Shown piece by piece: positions 12,760 through 25,929 of a stretch of 64,000 bases of DNA. How positions within the stretch are numbered: position 1 is the stretch's first letter; every line of letters starts with the position of its first letter. The position numbers were made by a program, and so were the translations under genes. The notes beneath the pieces are model-generated. The model did no database searches, was not told the origin of the DNA, and worked only from the letters and a program-made list of their open reading frames with translations. The DNA is taken from the NCBI GenBank assembly GCA_951406725.2, contig OX597815.1, positions 71,486,001 through 71,550,000 on the forward strand, written 5' to 3'. This DNA comes from Octopus vulgaris. Lineage: Eukaryota.

Positions 12760-14205
12760 GTCCAACATTTCTCTGAGGGCCCTTACACTCTGTCTTGTGT
12801 GCACACTGACATTACAAGTCCAGCAGATCATACAAGCTTCATTTCTTTCAAGCCTACACATGTCTTCAGCAGTCATGGCCATGTTTCGCTGTCATGTAGC
12901 AATACAGTTCACACACATGCATCATACAATCTACCTTTCACTCTGAGCGAGAGACCTTTTGTCACCAGTAGAGGTAGAAGCTTTCTGAACTTCGCCAGGC
13001 TATTCTTATTCTAGTGGTAACGTTCTCCAAGCATCCACCCCCACTACAGACTCAGTTACCTAGGTAGTGAAAGCTATCAACTACTTCTAGTTTCTTCCCC
13101 AGCATGTGATGTAATCTGCTTTCTGAGCATCTGCGGTGTTTATTGCCTCTGTGCATCTGCCGCACACAAAAGTTATCTTCCCAGTTAACTTTCCTTTGAT
13201 GCTGCTGCACCTCTTATGTGTCCATAGCTTACACTGGGTACATCTTTTGGAGTATCTACCTACACCTTTTCTACAGATTGAGCAGGGCCATCTACCTAAA
13301 GGGGTTTGTGATGTGTTCACCTTCCTTCTTACTAGGACTTTGGCTTTTGCAACATTAACTCTAAGGCCCTTCGATTCTAAACCTTGCTTCCACACCTGAA
13401 ATTTCTTCTCTAGTTCTGGTAGTGATTCTGCTATGAGATCAAGGTCATCAGCATTCCTGGAGGACTATAATGAATAAGAGGGGGCTGATCCTTGATGAAC
13501 CCCTAATTCTACCTGGAATTCTTCACTATACTCATTGCCGGCCCTTACTTTACTAATACCATCCCTGTACAGCTCTTATTAACCACTCATCAATCCCCAG
13601 TTTCTGCATCACCTGGCTTATCTTTGGTTAGGTATTTCTCCTGCAATTGCTGTACCAGGAATATAGCATCAGTGGTGCTTCTACGTGGCACAAAACTGAA
13701 CTGCATTTCATCTAAGCAGACTCTCTCCCTAATTAGTTGGACTATGACCGTCTCCATGACCTTCATCACCTGATCCAGCAGTTTGATACCCTGTAGTTAT
13801 TTGTATCTAAAGCATCACCTTTACCTTTGTAACAGTTGACTATGGTGCTGCTACACCAGTCATTGGGTATGACTCCTTCATGAACCACCTGGTTTACAAT
13901 ATGAGTGACTAGGCCATAACCCACACCACCAGATACTTTATGCATCTCAGCAGTGATTCCTGATGGGCCAGGGACTTTTCCTGACTTCATATCCTTAATT
14001 GCTTTATCTATTCAGGTAGCTGGTCCTTCTACTGGATCAACATTTGGCAGACTCTCCTCCTCCCATTCATTCTCCACATTCAGCAGCCTTTCATAATGGC
14101 TTCTCAAGCCTCTTTCTTTGCAGAATCATTGAAAGCAAGTGCACCATCATCCATGCAGACACATTTCTCTCTTGTGACATCACAATTTTCTCTCATACAC
14201 TGTCA
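12760..14205 (-). mobile_element. Truncated, frameshifted RTE-clade LINE reverse transcriptase with an internal PHD finger
   Basis: KVPGPSGITAE..IPNDWCSSTIVNCYKGKGD..NYR; GVHQGS; ADDL; LRVNVAKAKV; C4HC3 finger; VDSFHYLG; VLLHDSETWP; multiple stops and deletions. Confidence 0.92.
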
Positions 14206-14658
14206 TTCATTTGCAATTTTCCAATGAAAACATATCTGGCTTTTGTGCTGTTTGTGTTCAGTGGTCTGGTGGAGAGGTGGGGAATATTACATTGCTTGGA
14301 AACAGATGCTAGTTAGTTTCAGGAAGAGCATCCAGCAGTAGAAAATCTGCCCCAACAAAGCATGGGAAACTGTATCTTAAAATAATGAGGAAAAATGTTT
14401 ATTTTATGAGTTTGTGTTTTTAAACAATAGGTTTTGTTTAGTTTGTTTTTTTTTTCCTTTCCTGTGATAATAGCTTGTAGAATTTGTTTTCAAACTGTGA
14501 CAGCCATGTAGTAGTTTGTGGAACTGTATCTTTTGGTTCCATCTGAAACAGTTATTGGCAGTTGAGTCAGGTTGTGTTTGCTAATGTTCTCTAGCTGTCA
14601 TAACAAACTGCACCATTCTAACTACACAGTCTCATATAAATATATTAAATATGTGTGC

Positions 14659-14714
<56 letters not shown>

Positions 14715-14947
14715 TTATTTACTTATTTGCAGTTTTATTTTTTAGCATAGCTGCACAGTATTCTAGTGAACAGCAACAACAATGTCAGCATTGACAGTCA
14801 GTCAATGAAATGTTGTATCTTTATATTCTGCAGTGACACCATATACATATATATATATATATATATATTAGTATATCTAAGTATGCTATTATACTATATG
14901 TTTATTTATTCAATAAAACTCAATTTTATTTGACATTGAATCTGCGC

Positions 14948-15008
<61 letters not shown>

Positions 15009-15021
15009 CATTATTATTATT
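14948..15021 (+). repeat. (ATT)n microsatellite
   Basis: Direct reading. Confidence 0.95.
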
Positions 15022-15416
15022 CAGAAAAAGTGTAGGGCTTTGACAATAGATAACGCCATATCTCTTCAACTATGACCCACCACATTTCTCTATTTACTAA
15101 CGACTCACCTCATCTTTCCATTCATTTGCAAACCACTGCACATCTCACACACACATGAACATGCAGACTTTTGCTGCCATTTCTTCCTTAAAGAACTTTG
15201 TCTTCCTCCCCAACAAAAATGAGAAGAAAGAAAACAAGGTTTTTTTTTTTTTTGTCACTTTGATATCTGCCAGAAACATCAACTGTGTTTGATACAAGAA
15301 TACAATGTCAAAATTGTTTATCTATAAGAATCTCCACCTCATATTATTTATTCACTTAAGAAAAAAAAAAGTGGCCTTACTTCACATCCTTCCATTGCAA
15401 TATGTGTCAACAGAAA

Positions 15417-15631
15417 GGTGGAGAACTGGCAGAAACGTTAGTATGCCAGGCAAAATGCTTAGTGGTATTTCGTCTGTCTTTACGTTCTGAGTTCAAATTC
15501 CACCAAGGTCGACTTTGCCTTTCATCCTTTCAGAGTCAATAAATTAAGTACTAGTTGCATACTGGGGTTGATCTAATCAACTGGACCCCTCCCCCAAAAT
15601 TTCAAGCCTTGTGCCTAGAGTAGAAAAGAAT
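15417..15631 (+). mobile_element. SINE family A, well-preserved copy
   Basis: A box tggcagaaacg; B box gagttcaaattcc; gtcgactttgcctttcatcc; ccttgtgcctagagtagaaaag 3' end. Confidence 0.88.
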
Positions 15632-16207
15632 ATGTGTGAACAGACCACTGTTGGATTCCCATACTTATCAGCTCAAGTGTGCACCAAGACTCGATCATTT
15701 CTTTGGTATATATGTATATATCTTTTGTCTTTTACTTGTTTGTTTCAATCATTGGACTGTGGCCACGCTGGAGCACTGTTTTGAAGGGTTCTAGTTGAAC
15801 AAATTGACTTCATGTTTCTATTTCTTTTTGAGTCTGGTACTTATTCTCTCTATCTCTTTTACTGAACCATTGAGTTACTGGCACATAAACAAACCAACAC
15901 CATTTATTAAGTGATGGTGAGATGACAAGTGCAGGCACAAACATACATGCTCTCTCTCACACATGCACACACGCACACAGATAATGGGCTTCCACTCGGT
16001 TTCTGTCTACCAAATTCATTTAAAAGTTATTGGTCAGGCCCCAGGGCTGTAATAGACACTTGCTCAGGGTTCCATACAGTGGGATTGAACCTAAAATCAC
16101 ATGGTTGCAAAGTGAGCTTCTTAACCTCACAACCATATATCTACTTCTTTCTCTCTCTTTCCCTCCCTTTCTCCATCCCTCTCTCCCCTCCCCCCTCTTT
16201 CCCTCCC

Positions 16208-16249
<42 letters not shown>

Positions 16250-16261
16250 CTCTTGTCACCC

Positions 16262-16420
16262 TTATCCAACCACACTCCAGCTCTTGGCCCTATACTAAAC
16301 ACTATTCCCAGTTCCTCCTACTCAGAACATTGGCCCTCTGGAATCTTCTCCCTAATCATACCTTTCCTGCAAGTGTTAATCTGCAACAATTTAAATGGAA
16401 CGTTAATGATATCATCTTCA
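16262..16420 (+). mobile_element. CR1/Jockey-group LINE ORF2 3' end fragment
   Basis: TKHYSQFLLLRTLALWNLLPNHTFPASVNLQQFKWNVN matches 'Y..SF.PRT..LWN.LP...FP...NL..FK..VN'; similar relic at ~52250-52335 (YSNSFFSQTAPLWNSLP). Confidence 0.7.
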
Positions 16421-17392
16421 CCAGTCTTGAAGGGACTGCAAGGATCATGGGCACCAACCTTTCCTCAAGACTCAACAAGTTAAAAGTAAAAGAAACCAAA
16501 AAAAGAAAACCATTCTGAAGTCTTTTATTCTAAGGAACAATTTCAAATACCATCCTTTTATTTTTTTTTGTTCCTTGTCTTATTTTGGTACTCCATAATC
16601 GTGTTTGTCCTTTTCATACCAACCCACCTGAGGCTGCTATTGGTCCTACAATACAAACTTCTTGTTTTAAAATAATCTAGTTAAAACTTTCCATCAAAAC
16701 ATTACAAATACTAGGCTGACATTCCTACTTTCTTTCCCCTTCAGTTCAACAGGCTTCTTTCTATATATTTTTTCCATTCTCTCATTTTCACACGCAAAGT
16801 ATGGATTGACCTGAGGCTGTAGAAAATGACATTCAACCAAGCTGTCATGCAGCGAAATCGGACTCGGGTTCTCGTGATTGTAACAGGAATTTCCTAACCA
16901 TTTGATCACACCGTGCCTGCAACAGAAATATACAATGGAAGAAATATGTGGACCTAAAAATTGTAGCAGGCTAAATCAATGAGGTGCTGGCTTATCTACA
17001 GAAGAGAATAACTATTCCTATCCCATCTTCACTGATGTATTACATCTCAAACTGAAGAACTTATCTCAGCCAAAACACCAATAAGTTCTGTAGCATGCAA
17101 TCCTCAGTTCAAATTATCTTTCTTTTATTTGTTTCAGTCGCTGGATTGTGACTATACTGGGGCACCACTTTGAAGGGTTTTAGTCAAACAAATCAACTCC
17201 AGTACTTTTTATTTTTATTTTCATGTTTAAGTCTAGTACTTATTCTAACCATTCTTTTTGCTCTGAACTCCTGAATTGAGTGAGTGTAAAGAAACCAACA
17301 CTAGTTATCAAACAGTGGGGGCAGCAAATGCAAAGACAATATAGAACCTGTAAACTAGGAAACAGTCAGACCTGAAGCATAGTCACCCTCCC

Positions 17393-17441
17393 AATTCATC
17401 TACATCCATAACCTCTCAAGGGTTATGGATGTAGATGAATT
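17393..17441. repeat. Perfect 21-bp inverted repeat with 7-nt loop
   Basis: aattcatctacatccataacc-tctcaag-ggttatggatgtagatgaatt. Confidence 0.95.
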
Positions 17442-19543
17442 ATCAAAATATATGAGAACACACTGTCCTCTATGCTTACTAAGCTGTATCTTCTGATACT
17501 GAGAGTGTTGAGTGTCTTTGCTACAGACATATCTTTAGATGACAGATTATGTATGAACTATAAAATTTAGTAAACTAGTGCTATGTCAAGTTAGCTCTAG
17601 AATGGCTTAAACTACTGTTGAAAGCTTCATTTCTGATCACTTTTAATTAATTAAGCATGCCTTTAAGTCACCAGATTAAATAACTGAGTTAATGACATAT
17701 GACATGGTAGGTTTCTGTTAGTTTCCTTTCTTCCTGTTTTCTCTTGTATGTAAACCAGCTTTTATTTTGTCAAAATCTTTAATCTCAAAAGAATGAAAGG
17801 TTAAATGGTTAGATCTAAAGTATGGCAGGATTTCAGATTTACAAGTACAAAACTCTATTGAACAACTTGTCAATTTTAATGCAGTCTAGTACAGTGATAC
17901 CATCAGGCCATTCCAGTACTATGAAACTAGTTTCTGATGGTGAGCATGCATTAACAAGAATATAGAATGTTGCTAGTGAGGTTGAACATCTGTGCTTGGC
18001 AGGTTATAAATGTGTGGAGTGGTGAGGTGTGGCTTGTAAAACAGTGGGTGTGGTATCAAGATGTGTCAATACAGTGGAGATTGTTTGCTTGATGTTTTAC
18101 GACATATTTATCTAAACACTTAGACACACGATTCCCTATGTTTTGAAAGCTTGTTTTTTAATGCTAATACAACCGAAAAAAGTTGCCTTAAAAAAATTTT
18201 TGTTTATATTACATAAAATATCCTCTTCTTCCTCCTCTCTACTGTTATCATAGCATCTAAACCTCCATCATATCTCAGACTACCGTCATCATCATTTTAA
18301 TGTTCATCTTTCCATGCTTGCATCAGTCAAACAGAATTCATTGAGTAAGGTATTCTATAGCTAGGTGCCACTACCCCTACTTGTTTCCAAGCAAGGTAAT
18401 ATTTACCCATGACTGGACATCTTTTCATGGAAGATTAGGGACAAATGACACCACTTGTATGAGAGTGACACTCGTTTACAACTATTTCACAATACCAAGA
18501 CAAGCAGTTTCTTTCTCCCCCCCCCCCACCACCACACACACGTATATAAGGTACAGGCATGGCTTTGTGGTCTTGAGTTCAGTCCCACTGCATAGCATCT
18601 TGTGCAAGTGTCTTCTATAGCTCTTGGCTGACAAAAGCCTTGTAAGTGAATTTTGTTGACAAGCTGAAAGAAACCCATTCTATGTATATGTATGAATGTG
18701 TGTTTGTGTGTACATTTGTCTTGACATCATGTGTTGTAAGTGAGCATCATTGTTATACAAGCAAGGTTGTTTGTTTTTTAGTCTTCTGTGAAAAACATGT
18801 CTAACTAGGGGAAATATTATCTTACTTGAGGGTTGGTGTCAAGAAGAGCATCCAGCTATAGAAGATCAACCTCAATAAACTCCATTTTATCACACAAGTA
18901 TGGATAAGTGGACATTAAATGATGACGGTGATATTTCTGCTGACATTCAATGCAGAACTTTAATAAGAGAAGTGATAGAATAACAGAAATTCTAGAGTCT
19001 CTTAAATCATTATTTTAAAACCTTGAAGCAGAATGACTGAGTGAATAAGATATTAAACTACAGAATCTTTTGAGTTTAGGTATTTTATAGTACATATGTG
19101 TGGACAAGCCAGATACCAAATTCTTCATGCCACAGTTCACTCAACAAAGATTCCATATTTTTAGAATGTGGCATTTGCTATCAGATACTGTCCTACCTGG
19201 ACAGATGTTTTTTACCCTGTTCATTTCAACAGTTTTCAACTCTTAAGTGCTGACCATTATAAGCTAACCTCTTTAGGCTCTTGGATGCATTTACTTTAAT
19301 GCACACTTTACTGGTTTCTTCCTCAGGCATGGCTGTATGGTTAAGAAGTTCACTTCTTAATCACATTATTTTGGGTTCAGTCTTGCAGCATAGCTCTTTG
19401 TTCAACTGTAGCCTGGATCAATCAAAGTCTTGTGAGCAGATTCAGTTAGAGAGAAACTTGAAAGAACCTGTCATGTATGTATGTATGTATGTATGTATGT
19501 ATGGATGGATGGATGTATGGATGGATGGATGGATGGATGGATG

Positions 19544-19577
<34 letters not shown>

Positions 19578-20131
19578 GTGTTTATGTACAAACCTGTATG
19601 CACATGTGTGTGTTTGTTTACATTTGCACTTCTCAAAAAATTGCTGAGTTACAAGTGGTGACATTGCTGTCATTTCTCCTGTCAACAAATCATCTGCTGT
19701 TTTTTTCACCATCAAAGATGAGTGAAATAAGAGATCCTTTACTTGAAGAACAAGTATGGGTTAGTGACAGGAAGAAAAATAAATCATAAAGCTACACCTT
19801 AGTAATGTATTCTTTTAACTCATGCTAGCATAGAAAACCCAACATAAAAGCAAATGAGCTCAAGGTTGATTTTTGAAAAGGTGGGTTATAGACAATGGGA
19901 TAAGCCCAGGTACGTTACTTATTTTGTTGGGCATGGAGGGATGAAAAACAAAAACGGCTTTGGTGCGATTTGAACTCTCACATGTGTAGTACTGTTATAA
20001 AATGTCTAATCCACTTCTGTTATATATATATATTGTATTTAGGAATGGTCATGTTGCCAGTTTAGCCAAGAATCTTGAAAAGCAAATATATAAACGTGTA
20101 TATATATATATATATATATATAAATATATAT

Positions 20132-20300
20132 AACGTAAAGTATACTAGCCATCTCAATATGGCTAACCACTAAGGGTGGGTGTTACTGTAGCTTTTAGGC
20201 CCAGGAGATCATCGTCTCCATGATCTTCTGGAGCTAAAAGCTACAGTAACACCCACCCTTAGTGGTTAGCCATATTGAGATGGCTAGTATACTTTACGTT
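20132..20300. repeat. Near-perfect 81-bp fold-back inverted repeat with 7-nt loop
   Basis: Arms 20132-20212 and 20220-20300; loop cgtctcc; mismatches only near the loop; (TA)n on both sides. Confidence 0.95.
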
Positions 20301-20344
20301 GTGGAGCAGTTACTGTTTACATCTCGTTCAGAGATTTATTATTG

Positions 20345-20387
<43 letters not shown>

Positions 20388-22224
20388 TACATACATATAT
20401 ATGATGGACTTTTTCAGTTTCCGCCTACCAAATCCACTCACAAGGCTTTGGTTGGCCCATGGCTATAGCAGTGAGAATGAACCTGGAACCATGTGATTGG
20501 GAAGCAATCTTCTTACCACACAGGAAATATATACAAAACAAACACTTCAGAAGATTAGCTGTGTAAAAATCTTTATCAATGAAGAATTTGATGGGCCTTG
20601 CAGAGTAAAGCCAAAACCTTTGTTAAATCCAAAGTTCATCAAATAACCATTTATTTATTATTTTATAATCATTTGAAAATATACAATCTAGTTTCTTTCT
20701 TTCTTTCCTTCCTCTCCCTCTGTCTCTTTCTGTCTCTCAGTTTCCCTCCTCTCACTGCTCTCTCTGTCCCTAATAAGTTTTCTCTCCTCCCACTGCTCTC
20801 TCTGTCTCATAAGTTTTCCCTCCTCCCTCTGTTTTCTCTCAAATTTTCCTTCATTTTCTCACTGTTCCTTCTTACCTTTTCTTTTTCTGTCACATGAGTT
20901 CCCCTCCTCCCACTCCTCTCTCTCCCTCCCTTCTTCTCTAAAATGTTTATAATGTATCTTTCTATACTTCCTTTGCCTGCTGCCACCAACCTTGGACTTG
21001 CTAATAATTAAAGAACATTGAACTATCTCCAGCCCAATCTCAGCTGCCTTTCCTTCCTACCAATTCTATTTCCAAAACAGCGGCAGCAGTAGCAAATACT
21101 GCAACCAGGGAGAAGAGAGAGCAAAGCAAAAATTTATGAAAAAAAAATAAGACAAAAAACCCCTAACAGACAACAATTAGATTTTTATATGCTACAAATA
21201 TTTTGTAGGAATTGTAATTAGTTCTTCCAAATCCTGTAACATCCCCTTTCCATTTTTACCACATTTTAAAAATCTTAGATCAATCTTATAGCCTCAGGTA
21301 ACTTTCTTGCTTCTATAATTTAATGGAGTGGGGGAACTGTGCAATTATGCACACACCGTCCTTCTACTCCTTACATTCAAAAAGACAGTTTTGGGGGGTT
21401 TGGAGCGGGGTGGGGTTTCTTTTTATATATGTGTTGTATGCACGAAAGGAAGAACAAATTTTGTAAATTAAAGTCTTTTCATTTTTTTGTCTATATATTT
21501 CGATTCTGGTGGGGGGGGGAGTCAGTGGTTTTTTTTTTTATTTTTAATGTCTTAGAGGGTAGTTTTCAATTTTTATTTTATTCCATTTTATTTTATTTTC
21601 CTGTCTTCACTTTAGTTCTTATCCGATGTAATTTAATTTAGGAGCTTATTCTATTTGTTTATTCATGAAATATTTTAAATCAAATAAGGCATTATTATTA
21701 TCATCATCATCATCATCATTATTTATTTATTTATTTATTCTTTTGTTTAGATATGACATTCTTCTGTTTATGTTTTTATTATTTACTTGTGTGTTTCTAT
21801 CTTAGTTCCTTTTCTTTTTTTCTTATTTCTCAAGGTTGCTATGACAACTATTGTGAATTCATCTACAGTTAAATAAATTTCATTGTATTTATTTTTTGCC
21901 CTGAATCAATATATCTAATTGGAAAACTAAAAATTGTTACATTATTATTATTATTATCTGCAGCAGCAGTATTTCATCATTTAAATACATGGCTCTGCTA
22001 AAATCATTCCTAACCCCTAATATCCAGCAGGATAATGATTATAAGCATTTGTCATTTTCAATTTTACTTCTACCATTTTCACTCTGTGGCTTATCTTTAG
22101 AGGTAACAATGTGTATTTTATTGTTTTGAGATAAGACATGTGGCTCCATGCAGCAATCCAAATTATAGACCTTCAATCAGGCATTATTTTGCTTTGTCTC
22201 ATTACCTCATTATATCTTCATCAT

Positions 22225-22725
22225 CATAATTCAATGTCCATTTTTCCATGCTTGCACAAGTGAGATGGAATATGCTGAGGCAGATTTTCTACAGCTGGAT
22301 GCCTTTCCTGTTGCCAGCCCTCACCTGTTTCAAAGCAAGGTAATATTTCCCATGACCTAAAACATGATTTTCTTTGAAGATTGGAAGTGAACATCATCGC
22401 TTGTATGACAGTGTTTTTAGTTTACAACCATCATGTGATGTCAAGACAAGGGTACAGACGTGTCTGTACATGCATACACACACGCATACACACACTACAC
22501 ACACACATGCATATATACACACACGCACACATACACATGCATACACATATCATACACACACAATGGTCTTCTTACTGTTTCCATTTACCAAGTCTACTCA
22601 CACACTTTGCTTAGCCCAGAGCTATTGTGGAAGATACTTTCTGAAGGTGCCACACACAGTGGAACTAAACCCAAGACCACACGGTTAGGAATCAAGCTTC
22701 TCAACCACACAGCTATACCTGCACA
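22225..22725 (-). mobile_element. SINE family B with RTE-like tail
   Basis: Reverse complement of the head/CORE/tail structure seen at 39642, with an internal (CA)n expansion. Confidence 0.78.
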
Positions 22726-23627
22726 TTCATATCCCAGAAAACAACTATGCAATTTTACTCAAAACTACACTTGGTGAATAAACTAATTTTCCTCGAGGAT
22801 AAATAAATGGCTGTATCACTGTTCTCCATATAGTTTCCTATAGGAATAGCTATCCATTAAGTTTCCTCTGACATAGCTTTCCAATGCTGCCAAGGCAGAG
22901 GATATTTGGAAGCAGTGTGTCTGAGGATTTTTTCTCAAATATGCTGTCCTGGCAGCTGTTCCCTTCCTTAAATTATAAAAATCAACAGAAAGCTAGATGT
23001 GTTCCACAAAAGAAGGATTTTCTCAAAACCACATAACCATTGAAGAAATTCTAAAGATAGCTAACACAAACCCACTTAACAAAATCATAACTGAACTAGA
23101 AAAGCACTTGGAGAGTGCAGACATCTGCCAAGCAGCTCATTTCCACCCATATACATGCATGCTGAAAATTGCCCAATTTCCCAAACCAATGCCAGCAAAA
23201 CATAACCTCCTGGGTGGGGATAAAAAAAAAATAACAGCCATATGATTTTTTTTTTAAATCCCTTTAAAAACAGGAATCATCTGAAGCAGTTATAATACAT
23301 CAATGACAACAGTAAGCTAGTATCACCATACAACTAAAAAGAAACAACAATTACCTAAAACTTGAGTGATACATACACAACGCGAGTAAAATTACTAATA
23401 GAGAAACAAAACTAAACTGTGGAAACAGCAATGCCACCGTAGGTTACATGGAAATGATGAACGTGTTTTCAAGAGAGATAATCAAAGAATGTAACATTGT
23501 AATACTTTATGTAAAGTAAATATAACAAATGAAAAATCCTTCAAGAATCCATAAAAATTCCCGGAACAGTGGTGTCAACTTGCTGCCCAATGTGCTCAAA
23601 AGCATAGGCAGAAGTGAGATTGGGACT

Positions 23628-23864
23628 TTCTTTAGCATTTAAACTGGCCATATCCGGCCCAAATATTTTACCTGTTTTATACTCAAACTAGCCATATCCG
23701 GCCTCTCACACTTACCCTTTAATGTCATTCTAAAAATATACTATCTCATCATCAAAATTTTGAAGCTATCAGATAATGCCTAATTAATTCAAAACAATGT
23801 GAGTAAATTAGCATTACATTTGACATTACCTCCTCCAGCATTCAGATGAATGCTAGAGGATTAA
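23628..23864. mobile_element. TTAA-type (piggyBac-like) MITE, same family as 59050-59250
   Basis: ctttagcattt...gaatgctagagga-ttaa termini; internal sequence shared with 59050-59250, ~12660-12760 and ~52345. Confidence 0.6.
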
Positions 23865-24687
23865 ATGTGAACATAGCTTCAACTACAGCAAACACACACA
23901 CAGTGGCCATACTGTGTGGTCCACAAACCTCATGCTATGCCACTGTGCTATCCATGCACTGCTCATGTTTGTAGTAATTAGTTTGAAAAGTGGCACTGTC
24001 TCTAATGAGCACTTATTAAATTTTCTGGCTGTTCCTTTCAGATGTAACCCTATCTCCTCAATTGATGTTTTTTTTCTTTCTTTCTTTAATTTATGTTTGT
24101 ACTTTCTTGTGTCTGATGGGAAGGGATTAACTGTTTGTTGTTTTATATCGTATATGTTATTAGTATACATATTTATGCTAAATATTTTCTCAGTGTAGGT
24201 GCAGACATGGTTATGTTGTTAAGAAGAAGCTTGCTTTGAGACCATGTGATTTGGGGTTCAGTTCCACTGTGTGGCTCTTTGGGAAAATGTTTTCTACTAT
24301 AGCCTCAGGTTAACCAATGCCTTGTGAGTGAATATGGTTGACAGAAACTGCATGGAAGCCTGTTGTGCATATGTGTGGCTGTGTGGTAAGGTGTTAGCTT
24401 CCCAACAGCGTGGTTCCAGGTTCATTCCTACTGCATAGCACCTTGGGCCAGTGTCTTCTACTATAGCCTGGGGCCAAACAAAGTCTTGTGAGTGGATTTG
24501 GTTGACAGAAAACTGAAAGAAGCCCATTGTGTGTATGTGTGCGTGTGTTTTCCCCCATTGCCGCTTGACAACCAGTGATTGTTTGTGTACGTCTCTGTAA
24601 CTTAGCAGTTCAGCAAAAGGCACCGATAGAATAAGTATATATATAAAATAATAAAGGTGGCTAGACACCAAAAAGGAAGAATTCAAA

Positions 24688-24880
24688 TGACTGAGGGTGC
24701 ATTGTAACACCAACATCGCTAGAAATAAGAGTCAAAAACCCTTATAGCCACAAAGTCTGTGTACTGACAAGGCAGTTAATATAGCCCCTGTCAGTACATA
24801 GACTTGTACTATGTTAGTGGCTATAAAGGTCTTTGATTCTTATTTCTTGCAATGTAGGTACTACAATGCACCCTCAGTCA
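24688..24880. repeat. Imperfect ~85-bp fold-back inverted repeat
   Basis: tgactgagggtgcattgta...gtactgacaaggc / gcccctgtcagtac...tacaatgcaccctcagtca; ~10-nt loop; right arm has a short insertion. Confidence 0.9.
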
Positions 24881-25902
24881 CTATTAGTGACAATTATATG
24901 TATATATATATATGTGTGTGTCTTTGTTTCCCCACCATTGCTTGACAATGGATGTTGGTTTGTTTATATCCCAATAACTTTGCCCCAGTAATGCCACAGT
25001 CCTGTAACTGAAATAAGTAAAAATAAAATATAAAGACAACCTTTTTTTTTTTTATTGAATGTAGAAACCTTGCTTTTGTCTTTGTGTGAAAACATGGAGT
25101 CATTTGTAGCAGTTTTGATTCCTTTCATAACTAAAATATATAAAGCAACTATGTAAGATTTCTGTTTACATTTTGTGTCTTGTTATTCTAAATACAATGT
25201 GTTAAACATTTTCAGTGATATAATCTGTATTCTGTGTGTCATTGTTTTCATGTCTATCTCTAACCCTCCAGATATCATACAGTTTCTAATTTATTATTAC
25301 ATTGAGGTCACAGGCTTCTGCTGTGACTGCCACACTGTTAATGATGATAGCTTCCTTTCTTTTCTTTTTTTCTTTTTTTGATTTTTTTTTTAAATCATTT
25401 TATTTATTGACTTTTTTTCTTTGCAACTCCTCTGCCGTTTGTAGAATTGTTCAGTCTGAAGAAATGAATTCCATTCAGATAATGTCTTTTTCATAATGTG
25501 ACATATAATGTTTGATCTCTTTTGTTGATAATCACAACAGGCACCTTGAGCAAGTGTCTTCTATTATAGCCCTGGGCTGACCAAAACCTTGTGAGTAGAT
25601 TTGCTAGACAGAAACAGAAAGAAGCCTCTTTCTCTCTCTCTCTCTCACACTCACACACACACAGTATGATATGTGTGTTCGTGCATGGCCTTATCTTGAC
25701 ACCATGTGATGAGTGTAAACGAGCATGACTGTAATGTGAGTGGTGTTGTTTAATTCCACTCTTTCATGGTAAACATTTCTGGTCATGAGGAAATGACATT
25801 ACATATTTATATTGCATATTTATTCTTTTCTTGTTTATTTGTTCACTTTCTGTCATGTTGGGTCCCTTGTTCATTACTTTCTTGGTGGCTCTTTGCTGCC
25901 AG

Positions 25903-25929
25903 CACCACCAGAAGGAAAACAATATCATT
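25903..25929 (+). CDS. Candidate 27-nt frame-preserving microexon of an unidentified host gene
   Basis: 111-nt AG-free, U-rich zone (25790-25900); ...tttgctgccAG acceptor; ATT/GTAAGA donor; no internal stop in any of the three phases. Confidence 0.45.

Noticed and set aside
15417-15505. tRNA-like A and B boxes
   Set aside because: SINE heads without a complete cloverleaf; no genuine tRNA gene seen in the window
17355-17385. gaaacagtc..ctgaagc as a permuted hammerhead
   Set aside because: Core mismatch (CUGAAGC) and no room for stems I and III
21835-21852. Possible 18-nt microexon (aag/GTTGCTATGACAACTATT/gtgaat)
   Set aside because: AAG acceptor, short AG-free zone and weak donor; within chance expectation
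22990-23620. A-rich coding-like stretch, possibly LINE ORF1
   Set aside because: Many stops and no motif I could identify with confidence
25272-25306. Acceptor with ctaac branch point (cctccag)
   Set aside because: No good donor; candidate lengths are not frame-preserving
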